32,000 bases of DNA from Candidatus Nanosynbacter lyticus (lineage in GTDB: Bacteria; Patescibacteriota; Saccharimonadia; Saccharimonadales; Saccharimonadaceae), in the NCBI RefSeq assembly GCF_030253515.1, contig NZ_CP124549.1, positions 450,001 to 482,000 of the forward strand. Direction: 5' to 3'. Positions 16,895 to 24,501 of the stretch are shown in pieces. The first letter of the stretch is position 1; each line of letters begins with the position of its first letter. Position numbers and translations under genes: made by a program. A model generated the notes under the pieces. It saw only the letters and a list, made by a program, of their open reading frames with translations, made no database searches and was not told the origin of the DNA.

Positions 16895-17158
16895 ATGGCT
16901 TGGCAGTGTCATATATTACAAAACTATACCGAAGAATTTAGCGTTAACGGCGATCAAGTTGTCGAGAAGGTCAAACAACTCATCAAAGAAGGTAACGTCC
17001 GCCGCGTCATCATCAAAAACGAAAAAGGCGAAAGCATCATGGAATTCCCCGTCACTGCCGGCGTCGTTGGCGTACTGCTGCTGCCAACCCTCGCGGCTCT
17101 CGGCGCAGCGGTGGTGTTGATGACACGGTGCACGATCGCGGTGGAGCGATGGGATTAG
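16895..17158 (+). CDS. Small membrane-associated protein, DUF4342-like
   Basis: VVEKVKQLIKEGNVRRVIIKNEKGESIMEFPVTAGVVGVLLLPTLAALGAAVVLMTRCTIAVER matches my memory of the DUF4342 core. The start (ATG at 16895 or TTG at 16886) is uncertain. Confidence 0.55.
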   Translation: MAWQCHILQNYTEEFSVNGDQVVEKVKQLIKEGNVRRVIIKNEKGESIMEFPVTAGVVGVLLLPTLAALGAAVVLMTRCTIAVERWD

Positions 17159-17220
17159 CGCCAATTTTTATAAATAACCTACTGGGCTCCGCAGCGCAAC
17201 CCTTCAGTCCGAAAACCTTG

Positions 17221-18423
17221 TCAATCAACCAGCCGACTGTCCAGCCAATCAAAGACTACGCTATGCGCCAAACGTAAATTATTCAGCTGACAATGAGCGT
17301 CGGCGCCGCTTTGCGAATCGAACTCATGCAGCGTCGTATCAAGTTCGCGCCGGATAAATTCATCGTAGAGACATCGCGTTTGCCGCTGGAGTTCAGCACC
17401 TTCGCCTTCCCCCATGAGAAACAGCGACGGACAAGTAATAGCTTGGTGGTCGACAACCTTTGCCTGTTCGAAAACTTCATCGATCGCCGAGCGGAAGTCG
17501 CTCGTGCCGAACTGCCAAGCGTATTTTTTCAAATTGATATCGGCGGCTTCATTGATGTTCCCCGCTAATTTTAAGGCGAGATTCATCAGCCAGCCGGGCG
17601 CTTTGAGCGCTGCGCCGAACTCACGGCGGAACAGTTCTGCCACGTCAAAAATAGGCGTGCTGGCAATCCATGCGCTAATCCTCGCGTCTTTTGCGGCCGC
17701 TTGAGCAGTAAAATACCCGCCGCCGCTAACGCCGTATAGCGCAATGTGACGCGCGTCGGGATTTTCGGTTTGCAGCCAGTCAAGGCACGCGGCAATCGGC
17801 TCGCCGGCGTCGACGGTAAAAGTGAGACCTCTGGCGGGATTAGAGCCTTGACCGGGTAAATCGACCATCAGTACATTATAGTTCCGCTGCCACCCCGGCC
17901 AGCCGGCAAAATAGAACAAATCCTCCCGGTACGTATCACCGCCGCCGACCATGACCACGGTTGGGCGGTTATTGTCGCAGTAAAGATAATAGCCGGGTAA
18001 ATAGCCAGTTTGATACGGAACGCGCACGGGTTTGATCGGTATATTTATCGCCCTGACCGCACCGGCAAAAGCGTTTTCCATAGCGCAAACAAGCTTCGGA
18101 TATTCCGGAGAAAACGGATCAATGAACTGCAGTACTGCCCGATAGGCATAGGTTGCACCAAAATAGCAGTCGGCGGCCATTTGTTCACCGGTGGCTGCCT
18201 TTGCCAAGCGAACGAGATAATCGGCATGGTCCGTAAAACAGGCTCGCCACTTACTCGGTTTCCCGTCACGCCCGATCTTATGCGCCAGATAAAACAACTC
18301 TCCATGCGACATACCGAACAGTTCCGCCACGCCGAGCATCCAGTTGAAAAAGAAATCGGTATCGTCATTGTCAAAGAAGATTTTAGTCGATTGCCGTTTG
18401 AGGATCTTTTCGTTTTTTTGCAT
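17221..18423 (-). CDS. Alpha/beta hydrolase with an N-terminal helical domain (FrsA/DUF1100-like)
   Basis: 400 aa. Nucleophile elbow YGVSGGGY. A C-terminal GADAHCQ probably holds the catalytic His. The SD aaggag lies 7 nt before the ATG at 18423. Confidence 0.7.
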   Translation of the reverse strand: MQKNEKILKRQSTKIFFDNDDTDFFFNWMLGVAELFGMSHGELFYLAHKIGRDGKPSKWRACFTDHADYLVRLAKAATGEQMAADCYFGATYAYRAVLQFIDPFSPEYPKLVCAMENAFAGAVRAINIPIKPVRVPYQTGYLPGYYLYCDNNRPTVVMVGGGDTYREDLFYFAGWPGWQRNYNVLMVDLPGQGSNPARGLTFTVDAGEPIAACLDWLQTENPDARHIALYGVSGGGYFTAQAAAKDARISAWIASTPIFDVAELFRREFGAALKAPGWLMNLALKLAGNINEAADINLKKYAWQFGTSDFRSAIDEVFEQAKVVDHQAITCPSLFLMGEGEGAELQRQTRCLYDEFIRRELDTTLHEFDSQSGADAHCQLNNLRLAHSVVFDWLDSRLVD

Positions 18424-18502
18424 GATATAACTCCTTTGGACGTTTTTTGAAACGAATAATTTTATACAGTATCGTGATCAGGCAAACAATCCTTCATCGA
18501 CG

Positions 18503-18577
18503 TGGTGCGGATGGGGAGAGTCGAACTCCCGTCTCAACCTTGGGAAGGTCACATAATAGCCGTTATACGACACCCGC
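18503..18577 (-). tRNA. tRNA-Gly (anticodon CCC), CCA encoded
   Basis: Reverse complement reads gcgggtgtcgtataacggctattatgtgaccTTCCCAAggttgagacgggagttcgactctccccatccgcacca. The anticodon loop is ttCCCaa. The T-loop (ttcgact) is canonical and the discriminator is A73. Confidence 0.85.
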
Positions 18578-18653
18578 GACGAGAATATTATACCTGATTC
18601 TCCGCCAAACTACTAGAGTATTGCAGCATTTTCTTGACGCTTACGCTAAAAGT

Positions 18654-18681
18654 TTGACATATAATTTTAGTGCGCTATAAT
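18654..18681 (+). promoter_or_regulatory. Promoter: TTGACA, 16 nt, TATAAT, ending 6 nt before the GH16 ATG (leaderless layout)
   Basis: TTGACA at 18654-18659. TATAAT at 18676-18681. Then agatac, then ATG at 18688. Confidence 0.55.
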
Positions 18682-18687
18682 AGATAC

Positions 18688-19866
18688 ATGACGAAGCGAA
18701 AACTGGTTACAACTAGCATAGCAACTCTTATCGTCATCGGCGGCTTGTCGCTTGGCGCACTGCACTTCTTGTCGCAGGTGAATAATTCCCCGCCCCAAGC
18801 AACAAAATATGCCGATCGAACTACATCGCCGGCCGACTCGCCAAATACTGACAATCGCTCCCTCGCCGACACCAACTCTACGAGCGATAATCAGCAACCA
18901 AGCAAATCTAACCAAAACACCGACAATAAACCAACGCCAGCCGGACATAATTGGGTAACGCAGACCATGCGTCACAATCACGACCAAGCCCAAGCAGCAA
19001 AACAGCAACCTGAACGCCAACGTGGCTCTCAGGGCTCGACTCAGCGAGCCAATCAGTCACCACGCAACAACTCATCAAACAATAATTCAGGTAATAAAAA
19101 TTCCAGCTCTCCGAGCCAACCGCAACCGGTCAAGTCCGGTGACTCAGCAAACCATGCAAACCACGACCAGAATCAGGCAGCAATTGATGGTTGGCAGATT
19201 GATTACTTTGAAGGCTTTGATTCATCGATCAAACAAACTAAGTGGGTACAGTACGGCTGGGGTGATCCAGCGGTTGGCCACGGCTGCATGGGCGTGATGT
19301 CGCAGCGTAATTCGTTCACTCAAGACGGCAAACTGGTAATTCGCACTCAGTACGAGAACGGCCAGTGGAGCACTGGCGGCGCCGGCTCAGGTGATGTATT
19401 CACCGCCTCACGCGGCCGCTGGGAAGTTCGCGCTAAGTTCCCGAAAGCCAAAGGCGTTGGTTATGCATTCCTTCTCTGGCCAAAGGACGAAGGCTGGCCA
19501 CCAGAGATTGATTTCGCTGAGGGGCGCGTCAATGGTCCTCGTATTGAGGCAACGTACCACTGGGATCCAGATAACAAGCAAAAGCAAGCATTCCTTGATA
19601 ATCACGACATGAGCGGCTGGCACACGTACGGCGTTATCGTCGAGAAGGATCATATAATCTTTACGTTGGATGGTAAAGAATGGGGTCGCATCAAGCACCC
19701 GAACGTGACCGACAAACAGATGTTCCTCGGCGTGCAAGCTGGAGCGATGAACCCGAACGGCATTAATAAGCATACCGAGACCGTTGACGGCGGTGTACCT
19801 AATCCACTCACGCCAGCCGTAGCTGATATCGAAGTTGATTATGTGGCACACTACGTGCGGAAATAG
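18688..19866 (+). CDS. Membrane-anchored GH16 family glycoside hydrolase (beta-glucanase/laminarinase-like)
   Basis: It has an N-terminal TM anchor (LVTTSIATLIVIGGLSLGALHFL). A linker of roughly 130 aa rich in N, Q, S and P follows. The GH16 core then carries YAFLLWPKDEGWPPEIDFAEG, which fits the ExDxxE catalytic motif. Confidence 0.8.
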   Translation: MTKRKLVTTSIATLIVIGGLSLGALHFLSQVNNSPPQATKYADRTTSPADSPNTDNRSLADTNSTSDNQQPSKSNQNTDNKPTPAGHNWVTQTMRHNHDQAQAAKQQPERQRGSQGSTQRANQSPRNNSSNNNSGNKNSSSPSQPQPVKSGDSANHANHDQNQAAIDGWQIDYFEGFDSSIKQTKWVQYGWGDPAVGHGCMGVMSQRNSFTQDGKLVIRTQYENGQWSTGGAGSGDVFTASRGRWEVRAKFPKAKGVGYAFLLWPKDEGWPPEIDFAEGRVNGPRIEATYHWDPDNKQKQAFLDNHDMSGWHTYGVIVEKDHIIFTLDGKEWGRIKHPNVTDKQMFLGVQAGAMNPNGINKHTETVDGGVPNPLTPAVADIEVDYVAHYVRK

Positions 19867-19870
19867 TGAC

Positions 19871-19899
19871 TTGCCAGATAACGGTAACTTTAGTACAAT
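19871..19899 (+). promoter_or_regulatory. Promoter: TTGCCA, 17 nt, TACAAT, for the tRNA-Phe / tRNA-Gly pair
   Basis: TTGCCA at 19871-19876. TACAAT at 19894-19899. It ends 16 nt upstream of tRNA-Phe position 1. Confidence 0.5.
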
Positions 19900-19915
19900 G
19901 AAATAGCAAGTTTGT

Positions 19916-19991
19916 GGCTCTTTAGCTCAGTTGGTAGAGCAGAGGCCTGAAGAGCCTTGTGTCCCCAGTTCGAGTCTGGGAGGAGCCACCA
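19916..19991 (+). tRNA. tRNA-Phe (anticodon GAA), CCA encoded
   Basis: Sequence ggctctttagctcagttggtagagcagaggcCTGAAGAgccttgtgtccccagttcgagtctgggaggagccacca. Canonical 76-nt cloverleaf. Confidence 0.9.
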
Positions 19992-20040
19992 AACATTGCG
20001 TTTTATTCACGGCTTTGTTACAATAAATCGTGAACCACAT

Positions 20041-20116
20041 GCGGGTATAGCTCAGTTGTTAGAGCGCTTCCTTGCCATGGAAGAGGCCAGGAGTTAGAGT
20101 CTCCTTACCCGCACCA
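20041..20116 (+). tRNA. tRNA-Gly (anticodon GCC), CCA encoded, with an unusual U19:A56 pair
   Basis: Sequence gcgggtatagctcagttgttagagcgcttccTTGCCATggaagaggccaggagttagagtctccttacccgcacca. It is a regular cloverleaf, except that the D-loop reads agttgTta and the T-loop reads ttAgagt. Confidence 0.85.
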
Positions 20117-20138
20117 CAATGGAACCTTCTGAGATTTG

Positions 20139-20161
20139 GTCGCCCGGTCGGGCGACTTTTT
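20139..20161 (+). terminator. Intrinsic terminator after the tRNA pair
   Basis: gtcgccc (20139-20145) pairs with gggcgac (20150-20156) around a 4-nt loop. ttttt follows at 20157-20161. Confidence 0.7.
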
Positions 20162-20205
20162 ATGATACTACGAAGAGTGAACCCCTGACTCCTATACCGT
20201 TGCAT

Positions 20206-20234
20206 TTGCCCAAATCCCCCATCTCGCTTATACT
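20206..20234 (+). promoter_or_regulatory. Promoter: TTGCCC, 17 nt, TATACT, ending 6 nt before the GH13 ATG (leaderless layout)
   Basis: TTGCCC at 20206-20211. TATACT at 20229-20234. Then taaact, then ATG at 20241. Confidence 0.5.
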
Positions 20235-20240
20235 TAAACT

Positions 20241-21848
20241 ATGAGAACTTGGCACAATGTCGCCTCTCTGTATCAGATTTATCCGCGTAGTTTCCGGGAT
20301 ACGAACGGTGACGGAATTGGCGATTTGAATGGCATTACCGAAAAGCTGGATTATTTGGCGTGGCTGGGGGTTGACGCGATTTGGATTTCGCCGTTTTTCG
20401 TCTCGCCGATGACTGATTTTGGCTACGATATCGCTGACTATCGGAAAATCGATCCGACGTTCGGCGGGCTGGATGACTTTCGAGCGCTGTTGGAAAGAGC
20501 TCATATTCTCGACATCAAAGTCATGATCGACCTCGTTCCCTGCCACACGTCCGACCAGCATCCGTGGTTTCAGGAAGCACGGTCATCGCGCGACAACCCT
20601 AGGCGTGATTATTATGTCTGGCGCGACGGGCGGGACGGCAATGAGCCAAACAATTGGCGAAGTTTATCGGGCGGCAGTTCATGGGAGTTCGATGAGCAGA
20701 CCGGTCAATTTTATCTCCATTCGTTCCTGAAAACGCAGCCGGATTTGAATTGGGATAATCCTGCGGTTCGGAACGAGATAAAAAACGTGGTGCGATTTTG
20801 GTTTGATATGGGCGTGGACGGCATGCGGGTTGACGCGATTTGGGGCATTTCGAAAGATCCAGAGTTCGGTGATGATTCGCCAAATCCTGATTTTCACGGT
20901 GACCCTGAAGCCTATGGCGCGTTCATTCACGACCACTGTAAAATGGGGCCGCATTTTCAAGAATATCTGCGTGAGCTGGCGTCAGTTTGCGATGAATATG
21001 ATGATAAGCAGATGGTGTTTGAATTTTATCCGGATGAAAAGCTGGGCGATATTTACCAGCAGTACCGCCAAGTGCTGACCGCCCATCCAAAAGCGTCGGC
21101 GTTTTTCATGGAGTACCGCCAGGACGAGTGGCACGCAGAACATACCGGGCAGAAAATCGAGAATTATCTGCGGGCGGCAGATTCAGCCAATCCGTTTTTC
21201 TGCGTCGGCAACCACGATCAGCCGCGCGTTGCCTCGCGGCTCGGGACGGAGCGAGCGCGAGCCTTACATTTTCTCAATCTGCTCACGCCGGGCATTAGCG
21301 TGATGTACTATGGTGATGAAATTGGTATGACCAATGGCGAGCTGACTGCTGATGATATTCAGGACAATTTCAGTCCCGTCAATTCCACTATCGACAGCCG
21401 CGACCTGGAGCGCACGCCGATGCAATGGGACGATACGCAGTTTGCTGGATTCTCAAGCGTACAGCCATGGCTGCCTGTTCACGCCAACGCGATAAGAACC
21501 AACGTCCTGACGCAGGCCATGCACCCTGACTCACTCCTACATCTACACCGACGGCTGCTTCACCTGCGGCTGAGTATGCCAGTATTGCAGCACGGCACGC
21601 TCGAAGTGATTAACACCGGTAATGGATTTGTCCTCGGTATCAAACGAGAGCTAGGCAGCGAGCGGGCTTATATTTATATTAACTTCGCTGATGCACCACA
21701 ACATTTTTTTATCCCAGAACATACCGAGATCATCGCCTCAACCCACCCTCACCGCTCTATTATCAGAAAAAACGGGCAGCTCACAATTCCTAGTCATTGC
21801 GGAATACTGCTACTTCATAAGGGTAAGTGGCTAAATTCTAGACCATAA
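20241..21848 (+). CDS. GH13 alpha-glucosidase (oligo-1,6-glucosidase / trehalose-6-phosphate hydrolase-like)
   Basis: N-terminus reads YQIYPRSFRDTNGDGIGDLNGITEKLDYLAWLGVDAIWISPFF. GH13 regions are present: DGMRVDAIW (nucleophile Asp), VFEF (acid/base Glu) and VGNHDQPR. It has no signal peptide. Confidence 0.9.
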   Translation: MRTWHNVASLYQIYPRSFRDTNGDGIGDLNGITEKLDYLAWLGVDAIWISPFFVSPMTDFGYDIADYRKIDPTFGGLDDFRALLERAHILDIKVMIDLVPCHTSDQHPWFQEARSSRDNPRRDYYVWRDGRDGNEPNNWRSLSGGSSWEFDEQTGQFYLHSFLKTQPDLNWDNPAVRNEIKNVVRFWFDMGVDGMRVDAIWGISKDPEFGDDSPNPDFHGDPEAYGAFIHDHCKMGPHFQEYLRELASVCDEYDDKQMVFEFYPDEKLGDIYQQYRQVLTAHPKASAFFMEYRQDEWHAEHTGQKIENYLRAADSANPFFCVGNHDQPRVASRLGTERARALHFLNLLTPGISVMYYGDEIGMTNGELTADDIQDNFSPVNSTIDSRDLERTPMQWDDTQFAGFSSVQPWLPVHANAIRTNVLTQAMHPDSLLHLHRRLLHLRLSMPVLQHGTLEVINTGNGFVLGIKRELGSERAYIYINFADAPQHFFIPEHTEIIASTHPHRSIIRKNGQLTIPSHCGILLLHKGKWLNSRP

Positions 21849-21959
21849 GACAGCGCATCTTACATGTACGCAGAGATCCTACTTGACAATCACGGCAGAG
21901 GTAATGGCCTATAAAGTCTTTCATACTTGCAATCTGTAGAGGCAGAGGCAATTTGTCAA

Positions 21960-22310
21960 TCACCTACCATGCCACGGCTCACATGCTATGCCATCGCCAT
22001 CTCGGTCAAGCTCTTCCCGATAGCCAGGTTCACCTTCCCGTATTGACTCTGCACCATCCGCACGAGCTTCAGAGCAATTAGCATAATATACATCATCTTC
22101 GCTTTCATCTGTATCGCCAAGATCGTAATATCTATTACTAGGATTAGTAGTGCCCGAAGGACTACTAATCCTACTTTGACTATGGTCTGGTTTCTTACTA
22201 CTGGAATCACCATAATGATGATTGTACGCATACGCTACAAGTGCTACTGCTCCCGCTATCAGAATAGCGATAAGTACACCAGTAGTCCTATCTTGCATAC
22301 GTTCACTCAT
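21960..22310 (-). CDS. Membrane-anchored excalibur calcium-binding domain protein
   Basis: It has an N-terminal TM helix (GVLIAILIAGAVALVAY). The C-terminus carries YYANCSEARADGAESIREGEPGYREELDRDGDGIACE, the excalibur DxDxDGxxCE motif. Confidence 0.7.
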   Translation of the reverse strand: MSERMQDRTTGVLIAILIAGAVALVAYAYNHHYGDSSSKKPDHSQSRISSPSGTTNPSNRYYDLGDTDESEDDVYYANCSEARADGAESIREGEPGYREELDRDGDGIACEPWHGR

Positions 22311-22779
22311 ACAACCACTCGCCTACACCACCATGGTGCGAGCAAGCTCCTCTTCCAGTAGCGTATGACCGCCAACCATCACGACAGATCGCTCCGACCC
22401 TATGGGTTGCTTGTTGCCGAACTGGCTGTGGTGCTGGCTTTGGCGTACGAACAACGATATGAGCTGTTGGCTGAGTTATAACCTCTACCTTATCCTCATA
22501 TCCCGATCTGCTTGGTTTGCAAATCTTTTTACTTCCGGCAACACCTTGCTGTTTTACTGTTTCTGTATAGCCGTATTGACCCGTGTCGCCTTCATACTGT
22601 GTTTCAAACGGTATTTCTTCCGTTTTACAGTCTGAATAGGTTACAGGTTGGATTACTGGTGCCGGTGCTGCATGCTGTTGTTGCTGATTATTGTTTACTG
22701 CTCCAGCAATGCCAGCCAATGCAGCAACACCAATAATGGCGCCGATGACGCCTTTAACGGCCTGTGGTTTTGTTCCCAT
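22303..22779 (-). CDS. Membrane-anchored G5-domain / DUF3761-like protein
   Basis: It has an N-terminal TM helix. A G5-like segment follows (EEIPFETQYEGDTGQYGYTETVKQQGVAGSKK). The C-terminus carries GAICRDGWRSYATGRGACSHHGGV, which is DUF3761-like. Its stop overlaps the next gene's ATG by 8 nt. Confidence 0.6.
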   Translation of the reverse strand: MGTKPQAVKGVIGAIIGVAALAGIAGAVNNNQQQQHAAPAPVIQPVTYSDCKTEEIPFETQYEGDTGQYGYTETVKQQGVAGSKKICKPSRSGYEDKVEVITQPTAHIVVRTPKPAPQPVRQQATHRVGAICRDGWRSYATGRGACSHHGGVGEWLYE

Positions 22780-23057
22780 CCTAGTAAAGACTCCTATTTA
22801 TTACTAAAGTACCTTTAGCATACACCACAAGCCCCAAATCTCCAAATTGTGAAATTACTATTAAAAACGGGTACATTCCCGCTATCTATTTGGTCAATTA
22901 TTATTTTAGTAGTGTACGCTCAGTATTATGGACCATTCTTACACTAATATATTCTCACTAAAATATGCGCTTGGAGGTTATTGTCATCTTTGTGACCAGT
23001 GTAGTTATTCTGTCTACAAGAGGTCATCAATGTCATATTGCTAACCTCTTCAAACAG

Positions 23058-23092
23058 AAAAACCCGCCGGCTATCTACTTCGGCGGGTTTTT
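23058..23092. terminator. Bidirectional intrinsic terminator hairpin
   Basis: An a-run lies at 23058-23062. cccgccg (23063-23069) pairs with cggcggg (23081-23087) around an 11-nt loop. A t-run lies at 23088-23092. Confidence 0.65.
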
Positions 23093-23101
23093 CTATACAT
23101 C

Positions 23102-23130
23102 AAAAAACGTCCTGACAACTATCAGGACGT
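23102..23130 (-). terminator. Intrinsic terminator of the tyrS-to-rsmD operon
   Basis: acgtcctga (23107-23115) pairs with tcaggacgt (23122-23130) around a 6-nt loop. On the minus strand a U-tract follows (the complement of the a-run at 23102-23106). It begins 5 nt after the rsmD stop. Confidence 0.7.
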
Positions 23131-23134
23131 TTAG

Positions 23135-23683
23135 TCAACATTTCAACCGTAGGAACTTGGTGAGGTGCGCACCCCCATAACTACGATTGTCCACCACAAC
23201 AATTCCGTTCTGAATTGGCACCTCACCTATTCCTGAGTGTGATAATACCATATGTCCACCTGGTTTGAGAAGTCCCATCAGTCGTGAGACTGTGGAAAAC
23301 TGCGGGTTGTAGTATGGCGGATCGGCAAAAATGATATCAAACTTCTCTGTTACGCTCATGCTTTCCAGCCAATTTGCTACCGTTGTTTTTATTACAATAG
23401 CGTTTTCGCTGATACCTAAACTGCCTATGTTTTCAGCAATCACACGCTGGGCGACGCGGTCTCGCTCCACAAAAACCACCGACTCGGCGCCGCGGCTGAG
23501 TGCCTCCAAACCAATAGCGCCAGAGCCCGCAAAGGCGTCCAAAACCCGCGCGCCGCGAACCATTTCACCTAGCGAGTTGAACATCGCCGAACGGACTCGC
23601 TCGCCCATGGGATGCGTCGTCGAGCCTGGCGGCGCCTGGATAAACCGCCCACCAAATTCGCCAGCGATGAGCTTAACGCGCAC
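23135..23683 (-). CDS. rsmD: 16S rRNA (guanine966-N2)-methyltransferase
   Basis: 182 aa. Motifs HPMGERVRSAMFNSLG, VLDAFAGSGAIGLEALSRGA and FADPPY are present. Confidence 0.85.
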   Translation of the reverse strand: MRVKLIAGEFGGRFIQAPPGSTTHPMGERVRSAMFNSLGEMVRGARVLDAFAGSGAIGLEALSRGAESVVFVERDRVAQRVIAENIGSLGISENAIVIKTTVANWLESMSVTEKFDIIFADPPYYNPQFSTVSRLMGLLKPGGHMVLSHSGIGEVPIQNGIVVVDNRSYGGAHLTKFLRLKC

Positions 23684-24491
23684 GCTGCTCCTCAGCCAGC
23701 CACACTGCGCTCAGCCAGCCCAGTACCACCGCACGAATGATCAGCGGCATCAGTTGACGATTAGTCTGCCGCGCCAGCTCCGTCGTCCAGCCTGTCTTGG
23801 CGAACTTTTCATACATAGCCATATCCGCCACCTCATGAACGCAGCCGAGATAAAACACCCGAAAGCCCGCCTGGCGTACCTCCTCAATGTCGCGCTGCTG
23901 CGGCAGGCCGGCGGCAAACCGTTGGTATGCCACCACACTAGCAACACCCGCCTCGAACGCCAGATGCATAGTCATCACACCCTTTGCGCCCCAAAACTCC
24001 CAGTTATTGCGCAGGGTTTTGAGCACCGTTTCGCCCGGTATTAGGCTCTTTTTGATCAGCGAATTACGGGTCTCCATACCCTCACCGCGCAGCTGAGCCA
24101 ATTTCTCCTCCAGCGGAAAATGGTGTGGCGGCGTCAAGCCATCGGTGATCGCATGCGCCATCCATGCTGCCTCAAACGCCGCTCGCTCACAGTTGTCAGC
24201 ACTGAGCGCCGCTGCGAGATTGGTGATGTGTTGATCAATCATCTCGAGGAGTGCTACGTCATTTGGATTGTGCGGGTCAATGAAGTGCCACGGCTCATCA
24301 ACGGCCGGACTTTTCCGCTTGATACCATCGGGGCCATTATTACCCTCGAAATGCAAAATCTGCCTGCTTGACGGAAAGTTGCACCACGACGGCAATAGCT
24401 GCACGATATGTCGCCGCGCGACCCGATCAATTTTTTGATGAACACCCATCAGATTGCCTGACTTGGTGTGAAATGTGGTTCCTGAATACAT
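23673..24491 (-). CDS. Zinc-dependent phospholipase C / S1-P1 nuclease-fold protein (tentative)
   Basis: 272 aa. WMAHAITDGLTPPHH gives H-x3-D-x5-H spacing. That is the spacing I remember for the Zn ligands His118, Asp122 and His128 of Bacillus cereus PLC. Upstream His (GVHQKID) and WHFIDP motifs are also present. It overlaps the rsmD start by 11 nt. Confidence 0.45.
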   Translation of the reverse strand: MYSGTTFHTKSGNLMGVHQKIDRVARRHIVQLLPSWCNFPSSRQILHFEGNNGPDGIKRKSPAVDEPWHFIDPHNPNDVALLEMIDQHITNLAAALSADNCERAAFEAAWMAHAITDGLTPPHHFPLEEKLAQLRGEGMETRNSLIKKSLIPGETVLKTLRNNWEFWGAKGVMTMHLAFEAGVASVVAYQRFAAGLPQQRDIEEVRQAGFRVFYLGCVHEVADMAMYEKFAKTGWTTELARQTNRQLMPLIIRAVVLGWLSAVWLAEEQRAR

Positions 24492-24501
24492 ACTTATCTC
24501 A

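Noticed and set aside
20529-20552. GH13 conserved region I reads DLVPCHTS rather than the DxVxNH pattern I remember.
   Set aside because: The catalytic Asp, Glu and Asp are all present. From memory I cannot tell whether this variant is common in the subfamily, so it is not enough for a finding.
21894-21948. Short repeats lie between the convergent GH13 and excalibur genes. ggcagagg occurs twice, and ttgNcaatcac occurs twice.
   Set aside because: They are 8-11 nt long, arranged in a permuted order, and form no stable structure. That is compatible with chance.
23331-24044. A 237-aa plus-strand ORF.
   Set aside because: It is antisense to rsmD and the PLC-like gene, both of which carry family motifs. 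It has no RBS or promoter signal, and its low-complexity Ser/Ala/Pro/Arg composition is typical of a shadow ORF.
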